Source: Eledone cirrhosa (Eukaryota). From it: DNA of 64,000 nt. The DNA is taken from contig OZ024741.1 of assembly GCA_964016885.1 (NCBI GenBank), positions 19,468,001 through 19,532,000 on the forward strand. The letters are read 5' to 3'. Every line of letters starts with the position of its first letter. The stretch's first letter is position 1. The notes beneath the pieces were generated by a model that saw nothing but the letters and a program-made list of their open reading frames with translations, made no database searches and was not told the origin of the DNA. Shown here one piece after another: positions 39,102 to 52,918 of this stretch. The position numbers were made by a program, and so were the translations under genes.

Positions 39102-39201
<100 letters not shown>

Positions 39202-39499
39202 CATACATATACTAACACCCACGCTCACACAAATATTTGTATGTCTGTTAAAGCAGAAACACATTCAGTTCACAGTTAACTAGTTTTTTCCTCAAACTTT
39301 CTGTTTCTATCTGTATTTTAACACACGTGTCCACTACTTTTCCCTCTCTCTCTATATATACCTCTCTCTCTATATATATACCTCTCTCAGTCTCATGAGA
39401 CTCTCTTTCCTCTCTTCTCTCCATTCTTCCGCTTAATATGTGATTACATTTTAACCCGACCCTTTCTCTGCACAAAATGTTATACTTTTATACAGTATA

Positions 39500-39955
39500 A
39501 CAGTGTCCTAGTCTCAGACCTGTACAGTAGCACAGACTCCACTATAGCAACGAAGAGATGGATCTACAGGCCTTTACGAAGGTCCGACTTTCACACCGAT
39601 CTCAAACTGTGGTACGTTGCCCAGGCTTTGTTCTTGCTCCCCACCACATCATCCTCTGTATTCCCAATCTTTGCTCCCAGATTCAGGAAGTCCTCAACCA
39701 ACTCTAGCGGCGTCCCGCCTACATTCATAATCTTCTCTGGCTTCTTAATATTCTCTACCAGACACTTCATCTTACTCTCATTCATTCTCAGCCCCACACT
39801 CATTGACACAGTCTCCATCTCCTGCACCAACTCCTCTGCTTCCTTCACTGTGTTTGTCACCAAAACTATGTCGTCTGCAAACTCAGCATCTGATATCGTT
39901 TTAGCTTTAACTCTCCTGCTCTGAGCCAGTGCTACAGTAAAGCCAGAGTCCTGGT
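39500..39955 (-). pseudogene. RTE-type RT fragment
   Basis: EFADDIVLV..VGLRMNESKMK..VEDFLNLGAKI..KAWA..LFVAIVESVLLY. Confidence 0.85.
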
Positions 39956-39975
39956 GTTATGTATATTTATATGTA

Positions 39976-40057
<82 letters not shown>

Positions 40058-40067
40058 ACAGAATTAA

Positions 40068-40111
<44 letters not shown>

Positions 40112-41242
40112 TTCATTCTGTTGTCTATTTCTAGTCATAATATTTTTATGTATTTCTCTCTATTTTGGTCGAAATTTCTGTTCTCCAACCTGTTGTAAAA
40201 ATTGGTATTACAAGTGCAATATCACATTAATGCACGAAATTGCGCGGGAGCAATGTGGCTGATGAGGTTTGATTGATTTGTTAGATCGTCGGTCGATGTG
40301 ACATTTAGTTTTTTATGTGGAACGATTTCTCCGATACTAAAATTGACATAAAACAACACAACACACAGATGTAACAGTAAAACAACACAAGAAACAAAAC
40401 AAACTATTTATAACAAAACAATATAAATGTGGTGTATAAACAGAATTCTACACCCCTAAAGACAATGCTGTATATATACCGCTAAAGACAATGTTGTAAA
40501 TATACCGCTAAAGGCAATGCTACATACACCACCCTCAAGACAATTATATATACACCGCTGAGGGGTAGAGAGGGACAGAGAGGAGTAGAGGGTAGTGTAG
40601 GAGAAAGTTGCAGGAAACTGCTAGAAATATGATCAGAATAATATAAAATATTTATATGATGTAATATTAGTTTTAACTTTGGCACAGCAACACAGAAATA
40701 TCTGTGAACTCGTTTGATTATTGAAATAAAAATCAATCGATATAGCTTATAGATTCAGTAAAATATTCTTAAAATTTTTTTAATTTTTTTTTTATTAATA
40801 TCCATTTATTCCACGGCACTAAATCTCCCCAATTTCTCACAGAATCTCGAAGATAACAGTTCCACATTTCTGTTATTGTCCTTCCTCTGATAAGACAAGA
40901 TTTATGGCATATTTAAAGGTCCCCAATGTTTCACCATTCATCTATCAATATACTTTTCAGGTATCGATCAAAATATATATCATTCTATTGTCTGTTTGTC
41001 AGTCCGTCTGTATGTCTTTTCCTGGCAAGATTATTCAATCAAAATCTTTCTAGATACAAATACAAATCTATATTTCGATCCTCTACACATCCACCTCACA
41101 GAAACACTTCTATTTTCGGCTTTTAATTCTAGCAACAATCGACCGGAATATATATAATAAGGAGTTAACGGACCGGTTGTATCTCAGTGTACTCAATAGG
41201 TAATGTAGGATACATTCACAGAGTATACACATATATATATAT

Positions 41243-41339
<97 letters not shown>

Positions 41340-41525
41340 ATTGTTTCTACTATTGGCACAAGGCCAGCAATTACCCAGTGCATTACTGGTACTTTATTTT
41401 AACAACCCCGTAAGGATGAAAGGCAAAGTTAATCTCAGCGGGATTTGAACTCAGAATGGCAAGAGCCGTATCTCTATGCGTCAAAGCATGGCGTCCGACC
41501 CTCTACCGATACTGCCAATTCACCA
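41340..41525 (-). mobile_element. tRNA-derived SINE, family A
   Basis: Full-length match to other copies. Confidence 0.9.
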
Positions 41526-41680
41526 TATAATAAGGAGTTGACGGACCCAGCATATTTATCAATGCCAGGACCGGTTGTATCTCAGCGTACTCCATAGGTA
41601 ATCTAGGATATAATCCCAGAGTATACATATATATATATATATGTACACACACACACACACATACACACACACACACACAT

Positions 41681-41760
<80 letters not shown>

Positions 41761-41767
<7 letters not shown>

Positions 41768-42489
41768 TAAACGGAATAGAAAATGCTGACAAATTGTTCA
41801 CAGTTGAAAAATGGTTTAATTAGGAATAAAAGAGTATTAGTGATTGTATGGGTTAGTATTCAGTTGTGGTTTTAAGTTTTTAAGTTTTTACCGGTTGCGC
41901 ATTTCTAAATGCTTTTCAAAAATAATTTTGAGATAGAGTGTCCGTGCTGTTTGCTCTGATCTGATTAGTTTTGGGAATTCTACCTGTTTTTATGTTAAAA
42001 AAGTGGCTCCAATTTGCAAAAATTCTTGTGGTCAAAACAATTTTGATTGGTCGGTAGAGGTCATGTGAATGTAAAAAATTGATTTTGCGCCAAGACTGTT
42101 TTTCAGCAAGGAATCTTACTTCATTAACAAATACGGACCCCGTCTAAACACTTCTCCCTAAGACGAACCCACAACATACACACGTCAACATACATACCTA
42201 CATCAGCACACATCTCTACCACATATAAACACAATGACATACGTAAACACACATGCTCTATGGTGCAATACAAACAAATATATGTGCATATATGTATGTA
42301 TATATGTATATATATATATATATATATATAGTGAATATATGTATGTGTATATATATATAGTGAATATCATTTCACACCTTTTATTGTTAAGATTTTTGAT
42401 GTTCTATTAAGAGAACCGATTTTACTGAAAAAATCGAATAATGTACACCATTTTACCAGGGGGAAAAAAATACTGGTCCACCCACACAC

Positions 42490-42521
<32 letters not shown>

Positions 42522-42711
42522 ATATACACACAAACATACACACGCGTACATCAACATACAAAGAGACTTATATATATACACACACACACACACACACGCA
42601 CTTCTCCGTATAAGACAAAAGCTGAAAAATATCTTTTGACATGCTAAAATACCCCCCATTGCTTTCAGACACATTCTTACTGACCATCCCTGCCACCATG
42701 AATTACTCTGC

Positions 42712-42798
<87 letters not shown>

Positions 42799-42870
42799 AT
42801 CTTAATAGCCATTTGACACACGTCGCTGCTAACCATTATCACAACATCGAACACCTTACTACTACTACTA

Positions 42871-42910
<40 letters not shown>

Positions 42911-43408
42911 TTGTTGTGAAAGAGTCATTTCTCAATCTTGGCGCAAAACCAATTTTTTATTCACATGACCTCTACCGACCAATCAAAATTGTTTTGACCA
43001 CAAGAATTTTTGCTGGAGCCACTTTTTTAACATAAAAACAGTCTTGGCGCAAAATCAATTTTTTACATTCACATGACCTCTACCGACCAATCAAAATTGT
43101 TTTGACCACAAGAATTTTTGCAAATTCGAGCCACTTTTTTAACATAAAAACAGGTAGAATTCCCAAAACTAATCAGATCAGAGCAAACAGCACGGACACT
43201 CTATCTCAAAATTATTTTTGAAAAGCATTTAGAAATGCGCAACCGGTAAAAACTTAAAAACTTTAAACCACAACTGAATACTAACCCATACAATCACTAA
43301 TACTCTTTTATTCCTAATTAAACCATTTTTCAACTGTGAACAATTTGTCAGCATTTTCTATTCCGTTTACCAATATATAATAACTTGTGTGTTACACCTC
43401 TATTCTTT

Positions 43409-43410
<2 letters not shown>
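41761..43410 (+). mobile_element. ORF-less fold-back PLE-like insertion with 343-bp inverted arms, each with a U3-A8 hammerhead-like motif
   Basis: Arms 41761-42103/43034-43376 nearly identical. Motif TTT-TTGAAAA-GCATTT(AG)AAATGC-GCAA-CCGG-TA-AAA at 43215-43252 and 41885-41922 (-). (TA)n both sides; ~105-bp tandem duplication at 42936-43150. Confidence 0.8.
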
Positions 43411-43471
<61 letters not shown>

Positions 43472-43473
<2 letters not shown>

Positions 43474-43716
43474 TACCAAAACGCCACCACCAACAGTTTT
43501 GCAAGAGATGTCAACATGAATGTTATTTTTATCTAAAGACATTTTTTCCAATTCCACCCTGCCCGTCCCTTCAAACTATCTTATTTCTCATTCTTTCTTC
43601 TGATGTAGGACTAGCGTCCGAAACGTTAAGACCCTCTTCCTGCTATATCAAGCGTTAACCTAATATATTCCTTTCATATACTGTACAGATTCTGTTATTT
43701 CTGTTTACCTTTTACA
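43472..43716 (+). mobile_element. Short non-coding PLE-like element with minimal hammerhead (43596-43631)
   Basis: TCTT-CTGATGT-A-GGAC(TAGC)GTCC-GAAA-CG-TT-AAGA; homologous to 24529-24760. Confidence 0.7.
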
Positions 43717-44323
43717 TGGTGGCTGCCAACTCGTTTTCGAGTATGGCCACTACTTTATATCCATGTAGGAGAACCCCTATCGATGCGCTGAACGAGTGTG
43801 ACTTTTTAGTCCAGCCAGCGACTTGAAAACTTTGGTACAAACACTACACTTGTGACAATTATTGACACATAGTACTGGGTCCATGGTACCATGTGACAAC
43901 AAGTGCAGAGAGATCTCCAGATATAAAGCAATGCCTGTGCCGTGAAGCTTTTATAGTGAGCAAAGGCACGGCACAAACTCAGTCCCACTCTCTTAACCAA
44001 GGTGATATTTACCAAAAAGAAGAACAAGTCAACATCATTGGATACTATCAGGGTTGCAGGTGTTATATCAGAGTTTTCCTTCTCCTAGAATTCTGCTTTG
44101 ACAAAGGCTAAGGGGTCTTCTCTCCCGGTGATTTTGGATGGCCATTGACTCTTAAGAGCTCCTTTGCCCTTTGAAAGGTTTTATTTTTAGTCCTGCAGGA
44201 TGTCCAGTCACCCTCCTCACCAAGAAACCTTGGTGGGGTTGCCAGTTTAGTCGCCAACGACCCGACCATGAGACAGGTTGTAATGGGATACATGTAACCA
44301 GTAGCACCAACTGGTGACCTGAC
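43716..44323 (-). mobile_element. Non-autonomous RTE-type retroelement (copy 2)
   Basis: Reverse complement of 368-972 with the same boundaries. Confidence 0.7.
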
Positions 44324-44347
44324 ATACATACATACATACATACATAT

Positions 44348-44676
44348 ATCATCATCATCATTTTACGTCCGCTTTTCCCTGCTTGCAAGGGTGGGAGGGG
44401 AACTGATTCTGGCTTGATTTCTACAGCTGGATGCCCTTCCTAACACAAACCTCATTTACAGTGAGTGCTGTGTGCTTTTTTCCGTGGCGCCTACACGACC
44501 ACTTTGCAGTGGAATGATAGGGACCCCAGTCCTATCATTTCATTTCTACAGCTGAGTAAACTGGAGCAATGTGAAATAAAGAGTCTTGCTCAAGGAAAAA
44601 ACACATCGCCCGGTCTGAGAATTGAACTCACAGCCTTTAGATTGCAAGCCCAATGCTCTAACCACTAAGCCATGTG
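44348..44676 (-). mobile_element. tRNA-derived SINE with RTE-type 3' tail
   Basis: Head TGGCTTAGTGGTTAGAGC..GAGTTCAATTCTC; tail GGGAAAAGCGGACGTAAAA(TGA)n matches the RTE end at 34290-34330. Confidence 0.75.
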
Positions 44677-44678
44677 AG

Positions 44679-46030
44679 AATGAAGAATTACATAGTCAAC
44701 AGTACAAAAAGGGTTATATTTACAGTATTAACAATCACATCAGTAATAAAGAAAGAAAAAGAAAAAAAGAAAGAGGAAAAAAGAAAAGAGAAAAAAGAAA
44801 AAAGAAAAAAGAAAAAAGAAAAAAGAAAAAAGAAAAAAGAAAAAAGAAAAAAGAAAAAAGAAAAAAGATAAAAGATTAAAAAAAATAATAAATAAATAAT
44901 AATAAATAAGTTAGAATGAAAATGATAAAAAAATAAATAAAAAATGTTTATCTGTGCGAATAAAAGTGAACATAATATGATTGTTGAGAATAGTTGTGGT
45001 GTTGGTGGTTAAAATATAAAGATGTGAGGGTATAAACATAAAAATACTAAACATATACATATATGTATTGGTTAAATGAATAAGTTGGAAGTTATGTTAG
45101 AAGTGAAGAGAACACGATAGGATATAATGTAAGAGGTGAAATAGATTTAGTGAAAGAGAGTGACAGAAAGAAAGGTTAGGAGGTTATGATGTTGATTCAG
45201 TGATTAGTTGATTTATTGACAGTTAATAATAATTGTTTCTACTTTAGGCACAAGGCCAGCAATTAATCCAGTGTATTACTGGTACTTTATTTTATCGACC
45301 GCCGTAAGGATGAAAGGCAAAGTAAACCTCGGGGGGATTTGAACTCAGACCATAAAGGGCCGTAACTCTTTGCTGCAAAGCATGGCGTCCGACCCTCTAC
45401 CGATACTGCCAATCTACCGCCATTGACAGTTAATAATAATAATGGGTTATTATAATAGACTCTAAGTGGTTCAGTTTGAATTATGAAATTGTTCGATCGA
45501 ATCATGTTAGTTTGAATTTAGCTGCTTTATGCCTACAGAAAATTGACCGTTCAATTTTGCTGTTAAGCAGCATTTTGTCATCTTTTCTCTTTTCTTTTTT
45601 CTTCTTTCTTTTTCTCTCTCTCTTTTTCTTTTTTTCTTTTTCTTTCTTTATTACTGATGTTGTGATTTGAATTTTCCTAATATATTACAAACGCCGTGTA
45701 TAATTTTAATCAGTTATTCTGATAGGCATACATTGTATTTAAAATTGAGTGACACAACTTCAAGTGATTAGCAATTTTTAGACACCCTAATCAATGAAAC
45801 AATTGTTAATACTGTAAATAAAACCCTTTTTGTACTGTTGACCATGTTATTCTTCATTATTTCACTGTTATTACTCCAACATTAACCTGCATAGGAATTC
45901 CTGAGAACTCATGAACTCGCTACCCAAGGAAACCACTTGTTGAGTCAAACAACGCCGTACGCTAAAACTATCCACAATGCGGAGTATTCACAACCTCTAA
46001 CTGGATTACCTATAACGATAATTTGTTATC
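44679..46030 (+). mobile_element. Fold-back PLE-type insertion with decayed hammerhead (45715-45811) and ORF-start tail
   Basis: 44679-44735 is inverted to 45802-45858 and 44737-44765 to ~45632-45660. TATT-CTGAT..CCTAATCAAT-GAAA-C(AATT)G-TT-AATA. Ends at (TA)n. Confidence 0.65.
45234..45421 (-). mobile_element. tRNA-derived SINE, family A, with 19-bp target-site duplication
   Basis: ATTGACAGTTAATAATAAT at 45215-45233 and 45422-45440; empty site in the paralogue at ~1884-1902. Confidence 0.95.
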
Positions 46031-46456
46031 CCATATATATATATAAATTCAGATTATGTGGTAGTTTAACACCAACAATTCAGTATGCAGAGTAGAGGAC
46101 TCAACGAAGTCCAAAAGAGGGTCTGTTAACTCCGCAGTAAATTTATAAGCAAATTTACTTCTTTCATTACCATTATATATATTTCAGTGATAGCCACAAT
46201 TCAACAGCTATGGCCTCTTCAGAGAGATAGAAGCAACACATAGGAAACAAAGTTTTTCTTGAAATAAACGTTAAAACTCTGATATTATTTTTCCAAGTTT
46301 TAACGATTAGTTTTACTTTACAGTGGTTTCCATCAATATACTGTGTCTTACAAAATGAATTGTTTTGGCATTTTCTTCGTAATTGGAACTATTTCAAGAA
46401 TATGGCTACATGTGAAGTTTTAAATATATCCAGATTCTCTGTCTCTCTCTCCCTCT

Positions 46457-46492
<36 letters not shown>

Positions 46493-46890
46493 ATGTATAT
46501 ATACTTTCAAACGTTCAATCAACTGTCAGGAAGGTATACGGTGTTGATGACAGCTAATAAGCTAGAAACTAGTTAAACGTTCCTTTGTCAGTGTTGCACA
46601 AAATGGCAACGATGGTTGCTAGACACTAATAAATCGGGCTGTTTGTTTACAAACAAACCGAGCATTATAATAAATGTTCGGTAAACCCATACGTACATAT
46701 ATATATGTGTGCATGTATGTATGTATATACATACTACTGTACGTCTGTATACATATATATATGTACGTATACATAATTATATTTAAGTATCAGCCGTACT
46801 AAGAGTGAGAAATCAAATTTCATTTTTTCCATTTATATATATATATATATATAAAAGAAGAAATTAAAAGATGGTTAAAAAAGTTCCATA

Positions 46891-46960
46891 TATTTTATTA
46901 TGCGCATTTCGAAAACAACATCATCCTGGGACAAAAATTGTGTTCTCATCAGATAAAATA
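46891..46960 (-). ncRNA. Type I hammerhead ribozyme
   Basis: Exact reverse complement of 46998-47067. Confidence 0.85.
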
Positions 46961-46997
46961 AGATATGAGGCCTAAAAACACTCATATCATGTTACCT

Positions 46998-47067
46998 TAT
47001 TTTATCTGATGAGAACACAATTTTTGTCCCAGGATGATGTTGTTTTCGAAATGCGCATAATAAAATA
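46998..47067 (+). ncRNA. Type I hammerhead ribozyme
   Basis: TATTTTAT-CTGATGA-GAACACAA..TTGTTTTC-GAAA-T(GCGC)A-TA-ATAAAATA; all core nucleotides canonical. Confidence 0.9.
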
Positions 47068-47350
47068 TATGTAACTTTTTTAACCATCTTTTAATTTCTT
47101 CTTTACTATATACTCCAGTTCTACCAACTTTTGTGTGCTACTTATCTGATATATGCATAGTTTTATTGTTCTACAATATTACTCACCTCCTCCATTATAT
47201 ATATATATATATACGCGCGTGTATGTAAATCGTTAAATCGATGTACTCAACAGAAGTTCTTGTGGTGGATTTCAACATTTGACCTCTACACATATATATT
47301 AGCATTATACCCCTTACCTATTATCTTGAATATTGCAGTTTATATGAAGT

Positions 47351-47724
47351 CATTTGACTGGGCTTCAGGTGACAGCATTTGACTGGGCTTCAGGTGGCAC
47401 CCTTTGACTGGCCTTCAGGTGGCACCCTTTGACTGGCCTTCAGATGACAGCATTTGACTGGGCTTCGGGTGACAGCCTTTGACTGGCCTTCGGGTGACAG
47501 CATTTGACTGGCCTTCAGGTAACAGCATTTGACTGGGCTTCAGGTGACAGCATTTGACTGGGCTTCAGGTGACAGCATTTGACTGGGCTTTAGGTGACAG
47601 CATTTGACTGGGCTTCAGGTGACAGTATTTGACTGGCCTTCAGGTGACAGCATTTGACTGGCCTTCAGGTGACAGCATTTGACTGGTCTTTAGGTAACAG
47701 CAATCTTTAACTGGGCTTCAGGTG
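47351..47724. repeat. 24-25 bp minisatellite CATTTGACTGGGCTTCAGGTGACAG
   Basis: About 15 tandem units. Confidence 0.95.
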
Positions 47725-48666
47725 GAAATCATTCTATTCAGACATCTCATACCACCTATGTCATAGACTGTTGGTTTTCAAACGTTAATTTCAAAGACCA
47801 TTCTATGTAATCGGCCACCACATAGATTTTTTAATTAGTGATTGTAATGACCCCGCATCTCTCACTGTTGGGGCGAATAAAGAATTATTATTTGATAAAA
47901 TTAGTTTAAGACATTTCGCCGAGGTCAGCTTTGCCTTTCATATTTATGTGGTCGATAAAATAAAGTACCTGTAACGCACTTTGTGTAACAGCCCACACCT
48001 ATGCAGGTTTAGCTGGCCTTCTCCAAGGTATATCTCGTTGGGGGTATCTTGGGTAATTTAATGATAGGGACCCCAGTCCTATCATCTCATTTCTACAGCT
48101 GAGTAAACTGGAGCAACGTGGAATAAAGCGTCTTGCTCAAGGAAACAACACATCACCCGGTCTGAGAATTGAACTCACAACCTTTCGATTGAAAGCCCAA
48201 TGCTCTGACCACTAAGCCATGCGCCGCACTGGGTTCGATTTAATCGACTTTCCCCTCCATCCCAAATTGTTGGCCTTGTGCCTTAATCAGAAACCATTAT
48301 TTGGTAGAATGGGTAGATTGACCGAGATGCATTGTGGTATATATTTCCGAGTTAGAATCCTGTCGAGATTAATTTGCCGATTACCTTTCTGGGGTTAATA
48401 AAATAACGTACTATAAATGGACGGGAGTGGATGACATCGACTAACCCATGCACAATATGGCTGGCCTAGCACCTAGATTAGAAGACCTTAATAGAATTAT
48501 AATTACATCTTTAACAACATTTTATGGAAGATAAAGTGTCAGAGAAAGAGATAGAGGGGTTGAGAAAGATGGAGAGAGGGGAAGTAAGACAGAGGGGGGT
48601 AGAGAGTGCATGTTAGTAGGGGAGGGGGGTAGAGAGTGCATGTTAGTAGGGGAGGGGGGAGGAGGA

Positions 48667-48732
<66 letters not shown>

Positions 48733-48931
48733 GAAGAAGAAGATGAAGGAGAAGAAGAGTGCCCAGACAGGCCCGTGGAGGGTGAAGCGACCATGCTACT
48801 TTTACAATAACCACCATATTGAAGAGAATATTTGCAATTGTTTAAACGTTCTGAGAATAATCGAGAAGACATTGACTGCATCAGATCACAGAAACAAATA
48901 TGATTCTCAGTAAATACCAATTCTTATCATA

Positions 48932-49325
48932 ATTGTTTCTACTTTTTGGCACACGGCCATCAATTACCCAGTACATTACTGGTACTTTATTTTATCAACC
49001 CCGTAAGGATGAAAGGCAAAGTTAACCTCGACGGGATTTGAACTCAGTCCGTAAAGGGACCTAACTATGCTGCAAAGCATGGCGTCGGACCCTCTACCGA
49101 TACTGCCAATTCACCGCCCTTAAATAGATATATAGAATTAATTGTTTCTACTTTAGGCACAAGGTCAGCAAATACCCAGTACATTACTGGTACTTTATTT
49201 TATCGACCCCGTAAGGATGAAAGGCAAATTAACCTCGGCGAGATTTGAACTCAGACTGTAAAGGGACGTAACTATGCCGGAAAGCATGGCGTCCGACTCT
49301 CTACCGATACTGCCAATCCACCGCA
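48932..49325 (-). mobile_element. Two tandem tRNA-derived SINEs, family A
   Basis: Full-length copies at about 48932-49119 and 49141-49325. Confidence 0.9.
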
Positions 49326-49508
49326 TCATAATGGTGGTAAATATTCTATGGTGACGCCCTCTTTATGTTGTTTCATATTTATGTATAGGTCAGCATCCGG
49401 CGATCTGTCCTTTAACTTCCGGCATAAAACTCTTGTCTGGTTATGTGATATATCAAACGGATACAACAGAGACAACAGAACAAAGAAACAAGAATGTGCG
49501 TGTATGTA

Positions 49509-49591
<83 letters not shown>

Positions 49592-49605
49592 GATATATAT
49601 CTATA

Positions 49606-49684
<79 letters not shown>

Positions 49685-49687
<3 letters not shown>

Positions 49688-51019
49688 GGTGTTAATGTAC
49701 CCATTCTACACACACTACCAGCCCACGTCTGCAGCTCAAAGGAGGTCTTGGATCGACTACACCATCTGGCGCCCAACACCAGAAAGGACAACGGTTATGC
49801 CTTCAGTCTTGATGTGGTCGCCCTTTATACCTCCGTACCAGCATCCCCAGCTGTCGACCTGTTGACCGAACGAGTCCGAGCATCTAACTTACACTGCTTC
49901 GGACTCACACACACGGACATCCACCAACTCCTCTCCTTCGTTGTGGATAATGCACTCTTCAATTTCCTCGGCCACACGTACAAACAAATCTCTGGGCTAC
50001 CTATGGGCTCTAGTCTGTCCGGCATACTTGCGATCTCGTACATGGACCACCTGGAACGCAAGGCACTCAATACCTGCCAACCCAACGCCGTCGCCTTCTA
50101 CTCCAGATACGTTGATGACATCCTGATACTTACTTCTTCCCGGGAGATGGCGAATGAAATTCACCAAATCTTCAACGATACTGACCATCACGTCGATTTC
50201 ACCATCGAACACCCAGGAGAAGACGGGTCACTCGCCCTCCTCGACTTCCGTATCAACATCTCGGAAGAAGGAGACATAAACACCACCTTCTACCGCAAAG
50301 CAGCGTGCAAGGACTTATTTGTGCATTATAACTCAGCCCTCCCCAACAACGCTAAGAGAGGCTATGTCCTAAATGAACTGACACGGATCACTAACAGATG
50401 CAGCGACCCGATGGGTGGTCTCACCCATACCACGCAATTCCGTAATCTACTCAGATCTAATGGTTATCCCAAGCGACTGATTAACGGAATTAGAGACCCC
50501 AGACCCAATAGACAGACACCCACTAGAAACTTAAATAAAAGCAGGTGCTTCTTTAAAATCCCCCACCTGAGTGAATATACCACGAACGCCATCCGCAGGG
50601 CCATACGGACGGAGGGACTTGACATACATTTGGCCCACACAGGACCTTCGCTGCGAAGATGCCTCTCCAACAAACCCGACGAGTCAGATGGGACGTGTTC
50701 CCTCAGCAACTGCCCGATACGGGGGGCAGATTGCCTACGCACCTATGTCGTATATAAGATTCAATGCGATAAATGTAACAAGTTTTACATAGGTAGCACC
50801 ATCCGACCCCTACATGTTCGTATCAAGGAACATATCAACACCAACGCATCTTCCTTCCGTAAACACATCCTTAAATGCGGAAACCCACAGGGTAGACCCT
50901 TGGTCACAGTCCTAGCGACTGAACGCAGCATCGGATCCTTAAGGATAAAGGAAGCACTTGTTATTAAGAACCTCAGACCCCCACTTAACAACCGGGCTGA
51001 GAGAAATGAGCTGACATGA
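49685..51019 (+). CDS. 5'-truncated PLE RT plus GIY-YIG ORF, uninterrupted for 444 codons
   Basis: [63 protein letters not shown]. Homology starts right after (TA)n. The 3' UTR to ~51680 has a ~160-bp tandem duplication. Confidence 0.9.
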
Positions 51020-52918
51020 CTAACTTAACCATAGTGACCATTCACAGCCTACGGCCTGCTATCTTCACACACACGCACGTATATGCATACCCATACGCAT
51101 ACACACACACATCTATATTTATACACGCACACATGTTTTTACAACCTACCACCTTTCACACCCTTTGATTTCCAGCTTTTACAGCCCACTATCTTTCACA
51201 CACAAACGCACTCACACATATACACACACAGTTACACACACATGTATACCCATACGCTTACACACACACATCTATATTTATACACGCACACATGTTTTAC
51301 AACCTACCACCTTTCACACCCTTTGATTTCCAGCTTCTACAGCCCACTATCTTTCACACACACACACACTCACACATATACACACTTACACTTATACACA
51401 CACAGTTACACACACATATATATTTACACACACATATCTTACGGCTTTCACACGCTAGCGCACCCTCTTGATTTAACCCATTTGGTCAGTAGCTTTTGCC
51501 ACAGCCTATCACGCGCACGCGCATTCTTTCCCTCGTTTAAATTTTAAATAATTTTCTCCCCATAACGGCATTCCTGTCTTAACGACATCACAACTTTCTC
51601 CGCTTGGCCTGTTCCCCCCCCCCCCCTTTTGGAACTTTTCCCCCTTTGAAAGTTAAACGGTTAGACTTTGAAAATATTTAATTTATAATATTAATATGAA
51701 GACTCCAGATTTCAGGATTATTTGCTATTTATTTATATATTATTTATATAAATTCGATAAGTGTGTTATCATTTCTAAACTTCTGAATTGTGAGAATAAC
51801 ATTTTAAAGGATTTAGCTGGCACGTAAAGAATGAAATATTATACTGTGGATTAATTACCTAAATCTAAACTTTAACAAATATCTCAACATATTAGGTATG
51901 TAAAGCTTTTGAAGTACTTATTGTTATACATATTTGAATAACTATTATGTATATAGGTATATATTAATGAGTCAGTATGTATAAGGTAAATAATACAGAC
52001 GAAGATAAAAATAAAATAAAATAATATGTTACGGATAAAATTTATACATAAGGGCGGTGCCCCAGCATGGCCTCAGCCGGATGGCTGAAACAGGTAAAAG
52101 AGTAAAAGAGTATATGTATAATTGGGTGTAAATGTACTAATTATTCTTCAACCAAGATATCAACATATTATTAGATATAGGGATGTATATATATAGATAT
52201 ATATTAGGTATTATTAATGTAGTATACTTTAGGTAAATGATAACAGTTATACTCTTAACAACGTGTCACATTTAAATATATATATATATACATATAAGAA
52301 AAACGAACAATGAGTGCATGTATAAAGTTCAAAATAATGTCTATAATAATCTTTAGTTTGGATATTTTCTTTGTATTTGAATCATATATATAGAAGTATG
52401 GTAGGTATATTTAAAAATATTTAAAAATATATAAAATACAATATATAACTACATATATATTATAAAACATTATATTATAAATAAATAAATAAGAGATCGA
52501 AAGTACAGCGAAAAATTCACATTTATATATAAGTTTGAATCGGTCTCAAATTTAGATTTTATAGTCCAGTAAGTATATTTAAAAGAAATATATGCTATAC
52601 TATACTATAAATAATAGACCAAAAAGTCATTAAACATTTGGAGTTATAGATAAGTTTCATAAAAATGTTTGGATTGGGTATTAAAACTAAAATTTAAAAG
52701 AGATTACAAATGTATTAAAAATTCACAGTTAAATAAATTCAGTAGATATGTAAGGATTAGGTATTGTACTAAATTATAGATAAATGAAGATGTTGATCAA
52801 AATTAACAAATAAAGTTGTGTGTATCAATGTTTAGGCATGCTAATTGAAATATTGTCATTCATTCTAACGTTGTTTTTTCTATAGATATTTATAAAATAA
52901 AACAATATTAAAGGCCAT

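Larger units (their letters stand above)
46854..47196 (+). mobile_element. Compact fold-back cassette with two opposed intact hammerheads
   Basis: 109-bp inverted arms 46854-46962/46996-47104 with 1 mismatch, between (TA)n tracts. Confidence 0.85.

Noticed and set aside
40926-41126. Possible very old PLE RT thumb fragment (..SSTHPPH..)
   Set aside because: Similarity too weak to call by eye.
46170-46228. Minus-strand CTGAAGA-GGCCATAG..TTGTGGCT..GAAA motif
   Set aside because: No stem I and six extra nucleotides before GAAA.
49433-49684. N-terminus of the 528-aa ORF
   Set aside because: Read-through of flanking DNA and (TA)n; PLE homology begins at 49685.
51640-51682. Expected hammerhead at the 3' end of the 49685 PLE
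   Set aside because: A stem followed by GAAA is present but the core is incomplete and stem I is absent.
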